Below, piece by piece: positions 63,349 to 64,000 of a stretch of 64,000 bases of DNA. The position numbers and the translations under genes are program-made. Under the pieces are notes generated by a model. It saw nothing but the letters and a program-made list of their open reading frames with translations, had not been told where the DNA came from and did not search any database. This stretch comes from Mytilus edulis (Eukaryota): assembly GCF_963676685.1 (NCBI RefSeq), contig NC_092356.1:248001-312000 (forward strand). Direction: 5' to 3'. The stretch's first letter is position 1. Each line of letters begins with the position of its first letter.

Positions 63349-64000
63349 ACAGAAGTTTTGGGAAAAGATCAGTATGTATAATGGTAAAGGGACACTTATC
63401 ACTTTGGCACACAGAAGTTTTGGGAAAAGATCAGTATGTATAACTGTAACGGACACTTACAACTTTGGCACACAGAAGTTTTGGGAAAAGAACAGTATGT
63501 ATAACGGTAAACGAACACTTACCACTTTGGCACACAGAAGTTTTGGGAAAAGATCAGTATGTATAACGGTAAACGAACACTTACCACTTTGGCACACAGA
63601 AGTTTTGGGAAAAGATCAGTATGTATAATGGTAAACGGACACTTACCACTTTGGCACACAGAAGTTTTGGGAAAAGATCAGTATGTATAACGGTAAACGA
63701 ACACTTACCACTTTGGCACACAGAAGTTTTGGGAAAAGATCAGTATGTATAACGGTAAACGAACACTTACCACTTTGGCACACAGAAGTTTTGGGAAAAG
63801 ATCAGTATGTATAATGGTAAACGGACACTTACCACTTTGGCACACAGAAGTTTTGGGAAAAGATCGGTATGTATAACGGTAAACGGATACTTACCACTTA
63901 AGCACACAGAAATGTTGGGAAAAGATCAGTATGTATAACGGTAAACTGACACTTACCACTTTGGGACACAGAAGTTTTGGGAAAAGATCAGTTTGTATAA
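63349..64000 (-). repeat. 62-bp tandem repeat (~10 copies, truncated by window edge) with GTG|GTAAGT in most units
   Basis: Unit gaagttttgggaaaagatcagtatgtataacggtaaacgaacacttaccactttggcacaca. Confidence 0.92.

Overview
AT-rich, repeat-dense animal genomic DNA with spliceosomal introns and one 100-N scaffold gap (18281-18380). The dispersed-repeat repertoire looks bivalve, probably Mytilus-like (inference). Positions 1-51072 hold a head-to-tail minus-strand cluster of seven diverged paralogues (labelled A-G here) encoding single-pass, TIR-less leucine-rich-repeat (LRR) receptor-like proteins. I rebuilt them from splice signals. Each has a 856-922 bp exon 1 (signal peptide, Cys cap, LRRs, most of the LRRCT) and a 57-69 bp exon 2 that the ORF track missed; five (B, D, E, F, G) also have an exon 3 with a transmembrane helix and short tail. 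All introns are phase 1. Exon 3 of A was not found and probably lies left of the window; exon 3 of C was not found. The 3' six exons of an unrelated, unidentified gene (H) lie at 56008-62594. Mobile DNA includes a hAT transposon with a defective ZNF862-like transposase, Penelope-like RT fragments, a hammerhead-ribozyme motif, a non-autonomous Helitron and several MITEs. The most unusual pattern is that tandem arrays repeatedly start exactly at gene-structure boundaries. Four intronic minisatellites (a probable fifth runs off the right edge) have units made of the exon's 3' end plus its GT splice donor, with divergence increasing away from the exon. A 56-bp duplicated acceptor in gene E sets up a stop-containing versus transmembrane isoform choice, and the stop-codon region of gene F is triplicated.
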